The translations under genes were made by a program, and so were the position numbers. From the human T2T-CHM13v2.0 reference genome, Homo sapiens, in the NCBI RefSeq assembly GCF_009914755.1, contig NC_060945.1: 64,000 nucleotides of DNA, one strand, 5' to 3'. This document shows positions 26,706 to 40,171 of this stretch, one piece after another (positions within the stretch are counted from its first letter, which is position 1; every line of letters starts with the position of its first letter). The notes under the pieces were generated by a model. That model worked only from the letters and a program-made list of their open reading frames with translations. It was not told the origin of the DNA and searched no databases.

Positions 26706-27323
26706 TATTCTTTGTCTTCAAATAACAGTAAAAAAAACAAAAAAGTTTACTTCAATACATGGAGCAATAAACTGTTTTGCTGAATAGACAACATATTTTT
26801 CGATGCAAATTCTACCCAAATTTATTTATAGGTTTAGCATTCCACTAGAAATTTCCAATCAAACTTCCACTAGAAATTTTCTTTAAACTTGAAAACATAA
26901 TTTTAAAAATCAATTTAGAAGAGGAAACAGGCAAATACAGACAAGACATGGTTACAAATGAAAGTGGTGAGGAATCATTGGCACTATCTTATGTCAAAGT
27001 CTATTCTTATGGTGCTAATGTTCTTTTTGTCCCCTTTGATGAGGTAACCTGGGGAAAAGCGCATAACCCAGTTTGTGAAGAGTTAGAGAAAGTGTTCTAG
27101 AAGGGATATCTAAGCAGAAATGGGAGGAATGTGTAAAACATCAACCAAGAGAAAATTCCCGTAGTGAATTCTAGACACAGGAGCTGAAATGGGTAAAAGC
27201 CAGGAGACAGTGTGGCACACAGGAGGAAAGGAAAGTCATTCAGGATAGATGAAACATACAGTGTGGAAATATTGAGAGGCATGCTGGCACCACATCTGAA
27301 GAGCTCTCAAGCTACATACTGAA

Positions 27324-27710
27324 TGCAATGCACTGAGTCTTTAGTCTCTCCAAAATTGTTAACTCCCAGTTAACAATTGAAATGTTGACCCCCAGTGTGG
27401 TGGTGTTCGGAGGTGGGGTTTTGAAGAGATAATCAGACATGATGGTAGAGCCCTCATGAATGGGGTGAGTGCCTATGTAAGAAGAGGCCAGAGAGCTCTC
27501 TTGTTCTCTTTTTATCAAGTGAAGAAACAACAAGAAGTCAACAGCCTGCAACCCAGAAGAGAGCCCTCATCATACACTGAATCTGCCAGTGCCTTGCTCT
27601 TGTACTTCTCAGCCTTCCAAACTGTGAGAAATAAACATCTGCTATTTATAAATGAAGGTCTGCTATGGTACTTTGTTAAAACATCCCTAACTATGACTGA
27701 GTAAAATACA
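27324..27710 (+). mobile_element. MLT1A0-like MaLR solo LTR, probably inserted in L2
   Basis: GGAGGTGGGG...GAGCCCTCATGAATGGG...AACTGTGAGAAATAAA...TAAAATACA; TSD CTGAA/CTGCA. Confidence 0.88.
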
Positions 27711-28519
27711 CTGCACTTTATCTCAAGGAAGAGAGAATCATTGAATGCTCTGAAGTTGAGGTAGCATCAGATTATATCTATGTTTTGAAAAACTCTAACT
27801 TTTAATTTTTTCTTAAGGAAAGAAACTTGAATATGTTGAACCACTAGTGGAAGGAAGACAATAGATCAGGAAAAGCTGATGACATCAAATAATTGATGAA
27901 ATGAGATCCATGGGGGTGGAACAGAGTGTCTGGAGGGTTTAAGTTTAGAAGAAGAGCTAGTATACCTACAATATTCTTAATACACTTGAATAAAATGTCA
28001 GTATCTCTTTGATATCTGATTAAGCAAGTTTTTACCAAAAAAATTGTCATATTAAAGCCATAATTTTTGCAATAGTTGAGGCTCATTTATATCCTGCTTA
28101 ATAAGAATTCATCATATGTAAATCAGCACATATATAATACTTAATTTACTTGGTTGTTTAGTGAAATACCCACATAACATTTGGAACTTTAAAGATGTAA
28201 TAGAAAGTATAGTCACATTCATGGATAGAATCACATTTTTCTATTGTCTACTTTGGTGAAAAATCAATAACTTTCAATACAAGTAAGATGCCATATTGGA
28301 TTATTTTATATTCTTAAATAGGACAAACATCTAATATCAAATTTTATATTACTATTAATAATGAATTTATTTTTAAATGATGTGGGAATAAACATTTTAT
28401 ATCAAATTTATATTATGTACAATAGTTCATCAGAAGCACAGATATGTCTTTCTCATTATTGACTATGTATTTTCAAAGTAACCTGAAAGTAATCTGTGTG
28501 TTATTTGAAATAGTGTATT

Positions 28520-28560
28520 GTCTATGGCGTACTACCCTGAATATGTCCAATCTTGTCTGA
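28520..28560 (+). pseudogene. 5S rRNA 5' fragment (about nt 1-42), tailless retropseudogene
   Basis: GTCTATGGCGTACTACCCTGAATATGTCCAATCTTGTCTGA vs 5S GTCTACGGCCATACCACCCTGAACGCGCCCGATCTCGTCTGA; differences are mostly CpG-type transitions; degenerate TSD starting TGAAAT. Confidence 0.8.
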
Positions 28561-29483
28561 AATTGGGAAATGCAGCCTGTGTACAAAAGTCCGTTGGGTC
28601 ATGAATAGCCCAGCAACTTCCATTCATCAAGTTGCTATTTTGCGGGCATTGTCACAGTGACTCGAGAAATTATCTAGGGAATTATGCTTTATGGTATACT
28701 TGAAATGTGGCAAACATCCTCAAAAGACCAGGAGTTTGTATTAATTCATTGCCTGCATATATTACACAGAAAACACAGGACATTTGCAGAATAACTTGCT
28801 TCTTGCTATCTGGCTTTATCTATTTGGTTTTATTCCACTCTCTGTTATCCAAGGTGGCCAGTAATCTGGAGCCAAGCATTACCTAGATTCAAGATCCCAG
28901 ACCACTTCACCCAACCAATTTCTACCAGAACTACTTTCCAATTATCTCACATCTAGTAAGCCATTTTCTATCCTTTGAAATGAGGGAAACTTTGACCCTA
29001 AAGAGACCCTTAACTACATACAATACAGATTTGACCTTCCATGCAGGACAGGGCTGTGTTCCCCTTCTCTCCATCTTCTCTACCTCCAGCTCCTGTCTCA
29101 CTGTCTCATTTACCTCTCCACTCTATGCCCTAGTGACTTTCCTCTACCCTTAGGACTCCAATGGTTTTCTCTGGGCTCTTTACAACCTTGTGCCTATCTG
29201 CCTTTTCACTTACCTCAGTCCATTGTACAGTATCTGCTTAGATGTTTGTTTCACATGCTACACTGTGAATTCTAAACATCAGAGACTGTTTTGTTGTTGT
29301 TGTTGTTGTTTTTTATTTCTAAGACTTTGTGGTGTTTTCAGCATATAGTAGAGGCTTAGTTAAATGCTAAAGAAATCCATGAATTAGCTCTATCATTTCA
29401 CTTTGTGGCACTTTCGATGATACAAAATAAATTATATTAAGGTCACTTAATTTCTTTTCTCAAGGAAAAGTCAATGAAGTTAC

Positions 29484-30221
29484 TGTAACCACTCAATGCG
29501 TTCAGTTTACCCACATCCTAGACAGAGTCAATTTATCAAGACTGGAGAATTGCAATAGAGAAAGAGTAATTCATGCAGAACCAGCTGTGCTAGAGACCAG
29601 AGCTTTATTATTACTCAAATCAGTCTGCTGGAGCATTCAGGGATCAGAGTTTTTAAGGCTAGTTTAGTGGGTGGGAAGCCAGTGAGTCAGCAGTGCTAAT
29701 TGGTTGAGTCAGAGATGAAGACATAGGAAGTCTAAGCTGTCATCTTGTGCTGAGTCAGTTCCTGGGTAGGGGGTCACAAGATCAGATAAGCGAGTTGATC
29801 CATCTGGGCGATGCCAGGTTATCCATCAAGTGCAGGGTCTTGAAAATATCTCAAGCACTGATCTTAAGTTTTACAATAGTGATGTCATCCTCTGGAGCAA
29901 TTTGGGGAGGGTCAGACTCTTGTCGCCTCCGGCTGCGTGACTCCTAAACCATAATTTCTAATCCAAATTCTAACAAATTTTGGCTAATTTATTAGTCCTG
30001 CAAAGGCAATCTAGTCCCCAGACAAGAAGGGGGATTGTTTTGGGAAAGGACTGTTAGCATCCTTGTTTCAAACTATAAACTATAAACTAAGTTACTCCAA
30101 AAGTTAGTTTGGCCTATGCTAAGGAATGAACAAGGCCAGCTTGAAAGTGAAAAGCAAGATGGAGTTGGTTAGATCAGATCTCTTTAATTGTCTCAGGTAT
30201 AATTTTGCAATGGCAGTTTTA
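29484..30221 (-). mobile_element. LTR8/LTR8A (ERV1) solo LTR
   Basis: TGTAACC...TTTATTATTACTCAAATCAGTCT...ATAATTTTGCAATGGCAGTTTTA; 4-bp TSD TTAC. Confidence 0.9.
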
Positions 30222-30329
30222 TTACTAGACAAACTAATTTATAATTTTTTATTGATCAGGGGTATGAGGGTTTTTTTCCCCCACTTCAAGCAAATATTTG
30301 CTGCTCTATCTTTCCAATACCAATTGACT

Positions 30330-30615
30330 AATTTCTAACATCAACTGGGTGCCCGATAATTCCATTTAATTCCGGCACTAATTACCCAGAGTTAACATCA
30401 GATCCTATGTGTTAAGGACTCAGTTCCACAAGACTGCCCCTGACTTCAGAGGCCAACCGTAAATGGGGTGCATAGGCTACCCATATTTTTGCCTTCCAAC
30501 TACAAATTCCAGAGTTCACAGGATTCCTGACCCAAGTTTGGTAATTTTCTGGAATAACGCACAGAACTCACAAAGACATTTTACACACTATTACGGTTTT
30601 ATTATAGATAAAACT
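30330..30615. mobile_element. MER21-family LTR fragment
   Basis: GTTAAGGACTCAGTTCCACAAGACTGCCCC..ACTTCAGA...CACAGAACTCA. Confidence 0.75.
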
Positions 30616-33600
30616 CAGATTTTCAGTGTGTAATAAAAGTGGCCATTTTATCAAAAATAAGAAATATTGTCACTATTTTAACATGAGCCCTAATGAAGTG
30701 TATAATAAATTCACTTATAGTTGTATTTAAAATACACGTGTTAGTATAAGAATTAATAAATGACTGAATGAATGAATTATTTAATCATGATCTTCAGAAG
30801 GTCTTACGGTGCAGTTTTATTTTTCTGTGAAAATCTAACCCAGAGACAAATAATTGTATTTCCTATATGGGGAAAAAGTAATGAGCTGCTGGTCAGGGGA
30901 GACACTTTGGCAATGATGATGGAACATTACAGATCAGCAGGGATCCCCAGGCGGGTTTCACCACATAGCATCTTCTGGATTGAAAGCAGCAGGGGAATCC
31001 TATTCCACATCATTTCCCAAATCATTTCTCTTCTTGAGTAGAATGACTATAAACTATGAAGGAAAATTAAAGTCCTAGTAGAATTTTGAAAAGAGGAAAG
31101 TATGACATGAAAACTTACAGAAATAAATGGGCCAAAGTAAATTTTAAAATAATGAAAGTATCTCTTAAAGTTTATTAAAAATATATGTACCAGTATAAGT
31201 GGTATTTTCAATTACTTAGAATTTTTGGCTCATTATTTTTGGCTTCATATTTTAAGCTTTATCAATGATACATCTTTATATTTTTTCTAGTACAGGAAAA
31301 GCATGTCACAATTTTAGAAAAAATATAAAGAAAATTGCCTGCTGGATTTTAAGAAAGTATTTTTTGGTGATTCATTACTTATTTCAAGTATAAAAATATT
31401 CTGATCCTCAGAGGGTCAAATAAATCAGTGTATTCAGCTTGCTTCTGAGCCATTCTCCTCAGAAGCCCGAGCTATTTTTTTTATAAGATACAAAAACAAA
31501 TATTTCCTTTGAATTCACATGGTTTGAAGATATGTGCCCGCCTTTCCATTCTATTGTCCTCTGACTGTATCAGAGCAGGGATAAAAAAGTGGAACTGGCT
31601 TAAAGCATTATCAAAGTCTTAATGGCTGGAAGCAAAAGTGATGAGAAAGAGTATGCTGGGTAAGCAAACCTGCACCGTATTTTTCAGAACAAATCCCTGT
31701 ACCCTAAGCCTATTTTCAATGTGTAGTATAGTGTATACATGGAAAATGAATAAAATCTATAGAAGCAGAAGGAGAAATCACATTTTGCACAATTTAATTA
31801 AAATCATTGAGGAGCCTACACTGTTATTTTAGGGGTCTGACCTAAAATATTACCAAAACAGTAATATGGAAAAGAAATTCTTGAAAGTGGAAGAAACAGT
31901 ATGCTGCCTCTTTACTTCCAGTGAATACCTGGACTGGTGACACATAGAGTTCAATCTTTCTTTAAAGTGTTAAAAAAAAAAAATTCAAGTATCAAAGTTT
32001 TTGCCAGATTATCAATCTTATCTGATTTTCTTAATGCCAGTGTTTAATCAGATTAGTTCAACTCTTCCTAAATCCTATTTATTGCCATTACAATTGACTG
32101 GTAACAAATTAATAAATGTAAAGTGATTAGAAAAGAGTCTGGCCTGTAGTAAGAATTCAATAAACGCAAACAACAAATATCTTTTCGTTACTATTATCCA
32201 TAGATTACTTGTTAGTCGAGTTTCTGCATGAAAAGTCTTGAGTATCTAAGGACTGAAGAAGCTGTATGAAGTCTGTTTCATCCTGCCTAATTCACAGATG
32301 AAACTAAAGTCCCCTTACACAAGTAATGTTCACAAAAATTCAAAGGTAGTACCACTCTACTTTTACTAGAAAATAAGCAAATCACAATTAGAAGAAAATA
32401 TGAAAACATGACATGTGAGAAAAGTTCATTGTAAGTTCATTAGAAACCTGAAGATGTTGTCAAAATGTATTTTGCAAGATTTAAGATGAAACCTTTAAAA
32501 AGAGGGATGATGTCTGATAACTTATCCTATCAACTGCTGTACACAATCATGTTATTTCAGGCACGATAATTGCATGGTAACAGCTATTAGGTGTTCATGA
32601 GCAATAGCTGTTGTAGCTGATTCTTTCTCAACTGGGCAGATTTAATTCAGTGACAAGAAAAATACTGCAAATCAACTCTGTGATATTGACCAAGTAAATA
32701 TGAGAATAAATAAGTAAAAATAGTCCATGAACACATGAAAGCCTCTACTTAAAGAATAAAATTTCTCACGTTGGCTGGTCATGATACTACATTAGATAGT
32801 TATAAGTATCTGCAAGTAATGACATAAAGAATCAATAAGTTATGTCGGGTAAGTGTTATCAGTGTATACAGATATGTCAAATGCTGTAAACAATCACCAG
32901 GAAATTAATTAAACAGTATTATATTTGTTTGTTATTGCCAATAAATTTTGTGTGATTGAAGCCAAGCTTTCTTGCTAATTCCTGCTTTAGGTATATTGTT
33001 TATTAGAACAAATGTGGTTGAGTTTCACATCAACAAGTGAGCTTTATTATTTATACTCTCAATAAGGAAGTAGATTTAGTTGACATTGTCACAAAACATT
33101 TTTAAGTCAAAACATAAATTCTTACTGGAAATAATTGATATTTTTTTTCTCCCCCCAACTTGTCAAATCAGAACCCTTTTTTAGTGGTTTGGTTAATTAT
33201 TTATCTGTATTTTTGCCTTTGAAATCTTACTTCAAAAACACATTTTATGCAAATAGTTATTTGTATCAATTGGCTTTATGTGTTAACTATTTATCTACTG
33301 ATAATTATGGGCAAAATTAAATGCCACAATACAAACCAGGTAATTTATATTGAAAAAAAATCTAATGATGGACAATTTATATGTGGTTTTCCTTTTTAAT
33401 TCCTGTATCTTTTCAAAACACTTATAAGCTCAAATGTTCTCTAAAGAGTGATGTTGCCGAACATGAACAGCCCATCAGATAATCCTGACCATTTCAAAAT
33501 CACCTCAGGAAAAGATCCTTAAGTAAATCAGCAGGTAAATTGAGAAGGAAAAGACACAATTAACTTGGAGAAGAAAAATGTAAAGGATATAAAATAATTG

Positions 33601-34354
33601 TTATAGCTGAGTATTTGTAAAGTTCTCATCTATAAAATACACTTAAATTATCTGTTTTGTTACAGAGGAAGAGTGAAACTTTAGTTTCTTTTTTAAAAGA
33701 GAAAAATTTTTATTTATTTCTTTTAAAGTATGAGTATAGATTTTTGTTCTTACTGTAAAAACAAAGCATACCAAATGCAGGAAAAATATTGAAAAGCACA
33801 ATGCACGTTTTTAATAATCTTAACAACCAGAAATAAAAAATAGTGATATTTGCAAATTTTCTATTTCTACCAGCCTTTTTATAAGATCCAACATCCATAT
33901 ACCTTTCTCTCTATCTGTAACCTATAATAGTTATCAATAGAATAAGTAGCAACTACAGTTACAAAATTGCCCTTCACAAGGAATCTTAAGCTGCATAATT
34001 AGATTTGGGTGACTATACGTTAGGGTGATACTGAGGTTATTCTTGTGTAGACAGTGGTTGAACAAAATAATCTCGAAGACTCTTTTAAGTATTCAGACTT
34101 CATGTACTAAGGATTCGTGTGGAACCACAGTGAAACCTTCCTAGGATGGAGAAAAATGAACATATATAAAAGGCAAACTAAACAGGTTCTGAATAGTATT
34201 ATGTATCTCTTTCTTTCTTTATGGCTTCTTTTATCATGTTGGTTGGTTATCAGCTTGAAAGTCAAAGCAGATGTCATCTCTCAACCTACTACTCCAATGT
34301 CATTTTCACAGTCTGTTTTCTGTTGTCTATAACAGAATACCTGAAACTAGATAA

Positions 34355-34790
34355 TCTATTTTATTTTATTTTTTCCACATGAAAGTTATATTTATTGATT
34401 TATTTTTATGTTGATAGGTTTTTGGGGAACAAGTGGTGTTTGGTTACATGGATAGGTCCTCTAGTGGTGATTTCTGAGATTTTGGTGCACTCACCCAAGC
34501 AGTGTGCACTGTACCCAATGTGTAATCTTTTATCCCTCACCCCTCTCCCACCCTTTCCCTTGAGTCCCCAGAGTCCATTGTATCATTCTTATGCCTTTGC
34601 ATCCTCATAGCTTAGCTCCCGCTTGTTGGTAAGAACATATGATGTTCCGTTTTCCATTCCTGAGATACTTCACTTAGAATAATGGTCTCCAATTCCATCC
34701 AGGTTGCTGTGAATGTGAATACCATTATTTCATTTCTTTTTATGGCTGAGTAGTATTCCATGGTGTGTGTGTGTATATATACATAGAGAG
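34355..34790 (-). mobile_element. L1PB1-like 3' end
   Basis: GTGGTGTTTGGTTACATG...CATTCTTATGCCTTTGCATCCTCATAGCTTAGCTCCC; homologous (inverted) to the distal part of 53807-54571. Confidence 0.9.
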
Positions 34791-35629
34791 AGAGAGTACA
34801 TAATATATGTATATTAAAATTGGAATGAGATAGGTATAACATATATATCCAAGACCCACATGAAACCCATCACATTCAATTTATATTTCAGAAATCTTAT
34901 TTTCAGCATTTTTAATATCTGAAAATAATGCAACTTTTAGAACACTTCTGGCTTTTTTTATTGGTAGCAAACGTTAACATAATTTGAAAGACAATAGTAT
35001 AAAAATTACATGTTGGCATATATATTTAATGGTTGAGATATTTACTTTTAATTTCTAGCAATTTCAGAGATGTATAGCAAATTGAAGACGTTTTTCTCCA
35101 TTGTCCTTTCCCTTGATTTCTGCTTTTTTAAGTGTTCCCTTATCACCAAAGTTTCCACTATTGTTTTAAAAATATCTGATATTAATTCAAATTAATTATT
35201 AATGCTAACCAATTTTGCCTTGCAGAAGTGTTTGCATTTTAAAAAGAAACGCCTAGAGGAAGATTGTCAAATTTCTTCTCACCTTTTGAGGGGCAATATT
35301 TTAGAGGATGGATGACCTGCAATACAAGCCTTAAGAAACTACTGCTCCCATTGTCGTCAAGGCTAGCTGTGAGACTAATGCCAGCAAGTCTTTGCACAAA
35401 AACAAATGAGCTCTTAAAGAGATGATTGAATGCATGTGGGATCCATTACTCAATAAGAAGCTTAAGTCCAAATCAGTCTGGGGCTAACTGGCCTTTGCAG
35501 TTTTACTATAGCAGGGGCAACATGGTGTAGTAAAAAAGGCCTGAAGAGTAAGTGTAATTTTGTCTTGGTCACTTATTGGCCTCGTAGTCCCAAAAAATTA
35601 ACTTTAATCTCTTGCCTTAGTTCTCTTAC

Positions 35630-35850
35630 ATACTTGGCAACTATGGTGCACAGCCCAAATTTGAGGCACACTTGTTATTATATAAAAAGTTTTATTGGTG
35701 CACAGCCACGCTCATTCATCTATGTATTTTCTGTTTCTGCTCATGCTCTACAACGACAGAGTTGAGTAGCTGCAATGAGACCATGTGGTCTGCAAGACCT
35801 AAAATATTTACAGCCTGGTACCTCACCAAACACGTTGCTGCACTCAGCTT
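35630..35850. mobile_element. MER58A (hAT-Charlie), adjacent to a MIR fragment (about 35510-35630)
   Basis: AAAGTTTTATTGGTGCACAGCCACGCTCATTC...CAGAGTTGAGTAGCTGCAA...CCTAAAATATTTAC. Confidence 0.85.
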
Positions 35851-36748
35851 TAGAAGGTGCCAAACGCACACAGAGTATCTCCTTTTTTACAGAACTTGCC
35901 TTCCCTCCAACAGGTTGTGTAATTAATCATTACTCTGTGTGTAACTTTCTTTTGTTTGCGTCTTGATTCCACTCACTCCTATACACTTCCAATCTCTCTA
36001 AACAGTTCCTTTTCATTCTCTTTATTTCTTAAATGTTGGTGATTCCCAAAGTTTCATCTCTAGGTTACCCAAATTTTAATTGCACACTTTCGTACACAAT
36101 CTCCTTACCCCCTGAACACAAGCACAATTTCTGACTGGCCTATACATTCCATTCTTCTCCTACTACACTTAACTCAATATGTTGCAAAAATGATGGAGAG
36201 CTTTTTTTTAAAGCTTTTTCCCATTAGGCCAAATTCCTAATACCTTATCGACAACCAAAACATATGGAACACTGGGTACATATTTGGGGAACAAGGAAAC
36301 AGATCTTTTTCACTCGGTCTCCCTCTTGAATTTGACCTATAGATTAGACTTCTCACTTCCTGTTGTGTGTTACCAGTTTCTTGCACAATAAAACAAATTT
36401 TTAAAAGTGCCAAGTGACCTGATCCTCATAACACATTGAAACTAAGAGTATTGTTAAGGTTATTACTCAAGATTTAATCATATAAATACAGCAATTATAT
36501 AAATATATCATACTAAAGTGAGGTTAAAATGTGCTAAAAACAAAAGAAAAAAATGGAGAGATCACCATGGGGGTAGGATAAGATAATTAAATAAATACTG
36601 TGAATTCTGGATCATAAAGAAGACACACTAACCAAAGCAACTTAGACCTCATTCCCTCTATTTAATAGAGAAAAACAGCACAGCTCTCCTAAGGATGTTG
36701 GCAACTCCTTTAATAGAAACAAGCTGTCAAATGCATAGAAATTAAATA

Positions 36749-38546
36749 CAGTCATGCATTGCTTAATGACATGGATAGGTTCTGAGAAATGCTTCATTAG
36801 AGTATTTCCTCAATATGCAGACATCACAGTGTGCTTACACAAACCTGGATGGTATAACCTACGACATACCTGGCTACATGGTGTAGCCTATTGCTCCCAG
36901 GCCACCAACCTGCACAGCATATTACTGTACTGAATACTGGAGGCAATTGTAAAACAATGGTAGTTATTTTTGTACCTAACCATATCTAAACATAGAACAG
37001 ATACAGTAAAAATATAATGTAAAAGGTCACAAATAGTACAGCATTTTTTAGATCACTTATCTTGGAGGGAGCTTTCAGGACTGAAAGTTGCTATGGGTGA
37101 GTCAGTAGGTGAGTGGTGAGTGAATGCAAAGGCTGAGGACAGTGATGTACACTGTTGTAGACTTTGTAATCACTCAACACTTAGGCTACACTAAATTTAT
37201 TTCTAAAAATTTCTTCCTTTAATAAGAAGTAACTCTGCCTTCCTATAACATTTTTACTATGTAAGCATTGAATTATTTTTAACTTTTTGGCTCTTTTATA
37301 ATAACACTTAGCTTATGTGACGGTTAATATTGTCAACTTGATTGGATTGAAGAATGCAAAGCATTGTTTCTGGGTGTGTCTGTGAGGATATTGCCAAAGG
37401 AGGTTAACATTTGAGTCAGTGCACTAGAAGAGGCAGACCCACCCTCAATCTGGGTGGGCACCATCTAACCAGCTGCCAGCTCAGCTATGATAAAAGCAGG
37501 CAGAGGAACATGGAAGGACTAGATTGGCTGAATCTTCTGGTCATCTTTCTCCTGTGCTGGATGCTTCCTGCCCTCAAACATCAGACTCCAATCTCTTCAT
37601 CTGTCAAACTCTTGGATTTACACCAGGGGTTTGCAGGGACTCTTTGACCTTTGGCCACAGACTGAAGGCTGTGGTGTTAGTTTCCCTAGTTTTGAGGTTG
37701 GGGATGCAAACTGGCTTCCTTGCTCCTCAGCTTGCAGATGGCCTATTGCGGGACTTCATCTTGTGATAGTGTGAGTCAGTCCTCCTAATAAACTCCCATT
37801 AATATGTACATATCTCCTATGAGCCCTATTTCTCTAGAGAACCCTGGCTAATACAGATTTAAGCATAAACACATTGCACAAATGTACAAAATATTTTCTT
37901 TCTTTGTATGCATATCCTATAAGCTTTAATCTGTTTGAAATTTTTTTAGTTTTTTATACTTTGTAAACTTTTTTTGTTGAAAACAAAGACAGAAATATTT
38001 AATTGGACTTACACCAGGGGTTTGCCAAGAGATTAACTGACATTAGCCTAGACTTATACAGATGTAGGATCATCAATATCACTGTCTTCCACCTCCACAT
38101 CTTCTCCCACTGAAAGGCCTTCAGGGGAAATAACACACACAGAGCTGTCATCTCCTGTGATAACTAAGCCTTCGTCTGAAATACCTCCTGAAGGACTTGC
38201 CTGAGGCTGTTTTACAGTTAACTTTTTTTTAATAAGTAGGAGGAATACACTTTAAAATAACGATAAAAAATATAGTGTAGTAAATACATAAATCAGTAAC
38301 ATAGTCATTTATCATGACCAAGCATGATGTACAATTGCATGTGCCACTTTTATGACTGGGAGCATAGTAGGTTTGTTAATAGCAGCATCACCACTAATAC
38401 ACGAGTAATGCCTTGTGCTAGGAGATTATGAGGGTTACCCTGTCACTGGGTGATAGGAATTTTTCAGCTCCATTAGAACCTGATGGGACCACTGTTGTTT
38501 GTGTCTTCCATCTTTAACTGAACCATCATTATGCAGCACATGACTG
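36749..38546. mobile_element. Tigger3/Golem non-autonomous DNA transposon (Tigger3b-like), complete, interrupted by MLT2A
   Basis: TIRs CAGTCATGCATTGCTTAATGA / TCATTATGCAGCACATGACTG; TA duplications on both sides. Confidence 0.92.
37316..37855 (+). mobile_element. MLT2A (HERV-L) solo LTR, MLT2A2-like by length
   Basis: TGTGACGGTTAATATTGTCAACTTGATTGGATTGAAG...AATAAACTCCC...CTCTAGAGAACCCTGGCTAATACA. Confidence 0.92.
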
Positions 38547-39869
38547 TAGCTCAATTTTCACCTTCTTTCTGCCATACATACATGACCACAAATCTACACA
38601 CTTTCCTCTGGAAAACTCCCAACTGCCTTAAAGCATATCTGAAAATAAAAATTATGTTTCTTGTAACACACACAAAACAATTTCCAGCTAAAAAACCTTT
38701 CTGAATGATTGCCACGTGCATAAAACACCCCTGGCAAGTGTGAAAAAACTAAATCTTAAAGCAAGATGTGGTTCCATATTGCAGCTAGTATTTAAAATTA
38801 AGTTGTCTCTCTTTGCCCCCTTTTTTCCGAACAAATTCACAGAGCCTGGATTGTGAATGATATGCCTGTCTCAGAAACACCAGCCAACTCAGCATTATAG
38901 TTTGCACTACTGGGTTTGTTTGCAAATAAAATAAAAGCAAGGAGAAAAACTGAGACATAATTATGAAAGGCACTAGAATGTGGAAAAGAGATTAAACCTT
39001 ATTAAAATATCATTCCTAGGCATTAGCAGCAGTTCTATAATTAATAATATAACAGTTGACTGCACTAAGTGGCATAACAGAAATTAAATTTTCATTTATG
39101 AACAGGAATAATGAGGTAATATAAAAAGATTGGGTTTAGGTTCTTCTGCTACTGAAGATTAATAATTGCCTAAGGTCTATATTCAGAATTAAGACACACA
39201 TTTAGTTGTAGAGAAAGATAATTCATCAAATGTGCAAGCATTCTTTAACCCTGGACTGCAGTCATGACATGAAATGTCTGCAGTTTCCATTTCACCACTA
39301 CTGGAGTCAAACTATTTCCATTATTGCCTAACTTATCATAAATGCTGGAGAGAAGCAAAAGCACCATTTTCAGAGAAAAATATGCAATATAAATTGGCAA
39401 AACAATTTACAGGTTGCTTTTAAAAAGAAGCCCTTGGCAACATAAATATTTAGTGCATTGTTCTTACGGCAGCCGATGAGAGACTTTAACATGTGTGAGG
39501 AAATTTAGTTTTCTTGAATAAAATGACAACAGAGAATAAACAAGATGTGTGAAATTCCTTTAGGAAACTATTTAAGGACTGCTGTGTTTTATTATCCAAG
39601 AGTTTTACATTTATTTTTGAGTGTTTAGATTCTGTGTATGTAAACCAGATCTATTTATCCTACTCTTCATAGCATAGCATACCCATGAAGATAAAGTTAA
39701 GAAAACTTTATAAAAACATTGTTTTTAATTATAATTGCAGTATTTATTTTATAAAAGGAGAAGTCAACTAATTACTTATATAAAAATTTGAGACTAGAAA
39801 CTATAATATTTTTGTCCTAAATTTTTATTTGTATCTCACCAAATGCCACTCAGCATGATTCTCTTATAG

Positions 39870-40130
39870 ACTGAGTTACGTGCTGCAGTTAGGTACTTCA
39901 GTAAGGTCACAGAGCAGAGAGGAAGATGACAGTCATTCAGTGTCAAATATACAGCAGACACTTTCAATCTAGAACATGATCACATCTTCCAATAGTTCTA
40001 TATGTTAGATGTTTCTATCCCCTTTTCACAGGTGCAGAAAGTAAATTTAAAGGAGATTTGGTATCAAAGGATTTGAACCCAGATCTGCTTGAATGCTGAA
40101 CATAACATTCTTCCCACTTTACTACATGAT
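39870..40130 (-). mobile_element. MIR SINE, degenerate
   Basis: TATCCCCTTTTCACAGGTGCAGAAA...GGATTTGAACCCAGATCTG. Confidence 0.6.
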
Positions 40131-40171
40131 CCAGTTAGTCTTTAAAGTTACCAAAAAGTTGCCAAAGTTAC

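Noticed and set aside
33430-33670. Possible donor CAG/GTAAAT and acceptor TTACAG/A
   Set aside because: No convincing paired exon boundaries; such sites are frequent.
37856-37862. GATTT after MLT2A resembling the start of HERV-L internal sequence
   Set aside because: Tigger3 sequence resumes immediately; better read as a decayed GCTTA TSD.
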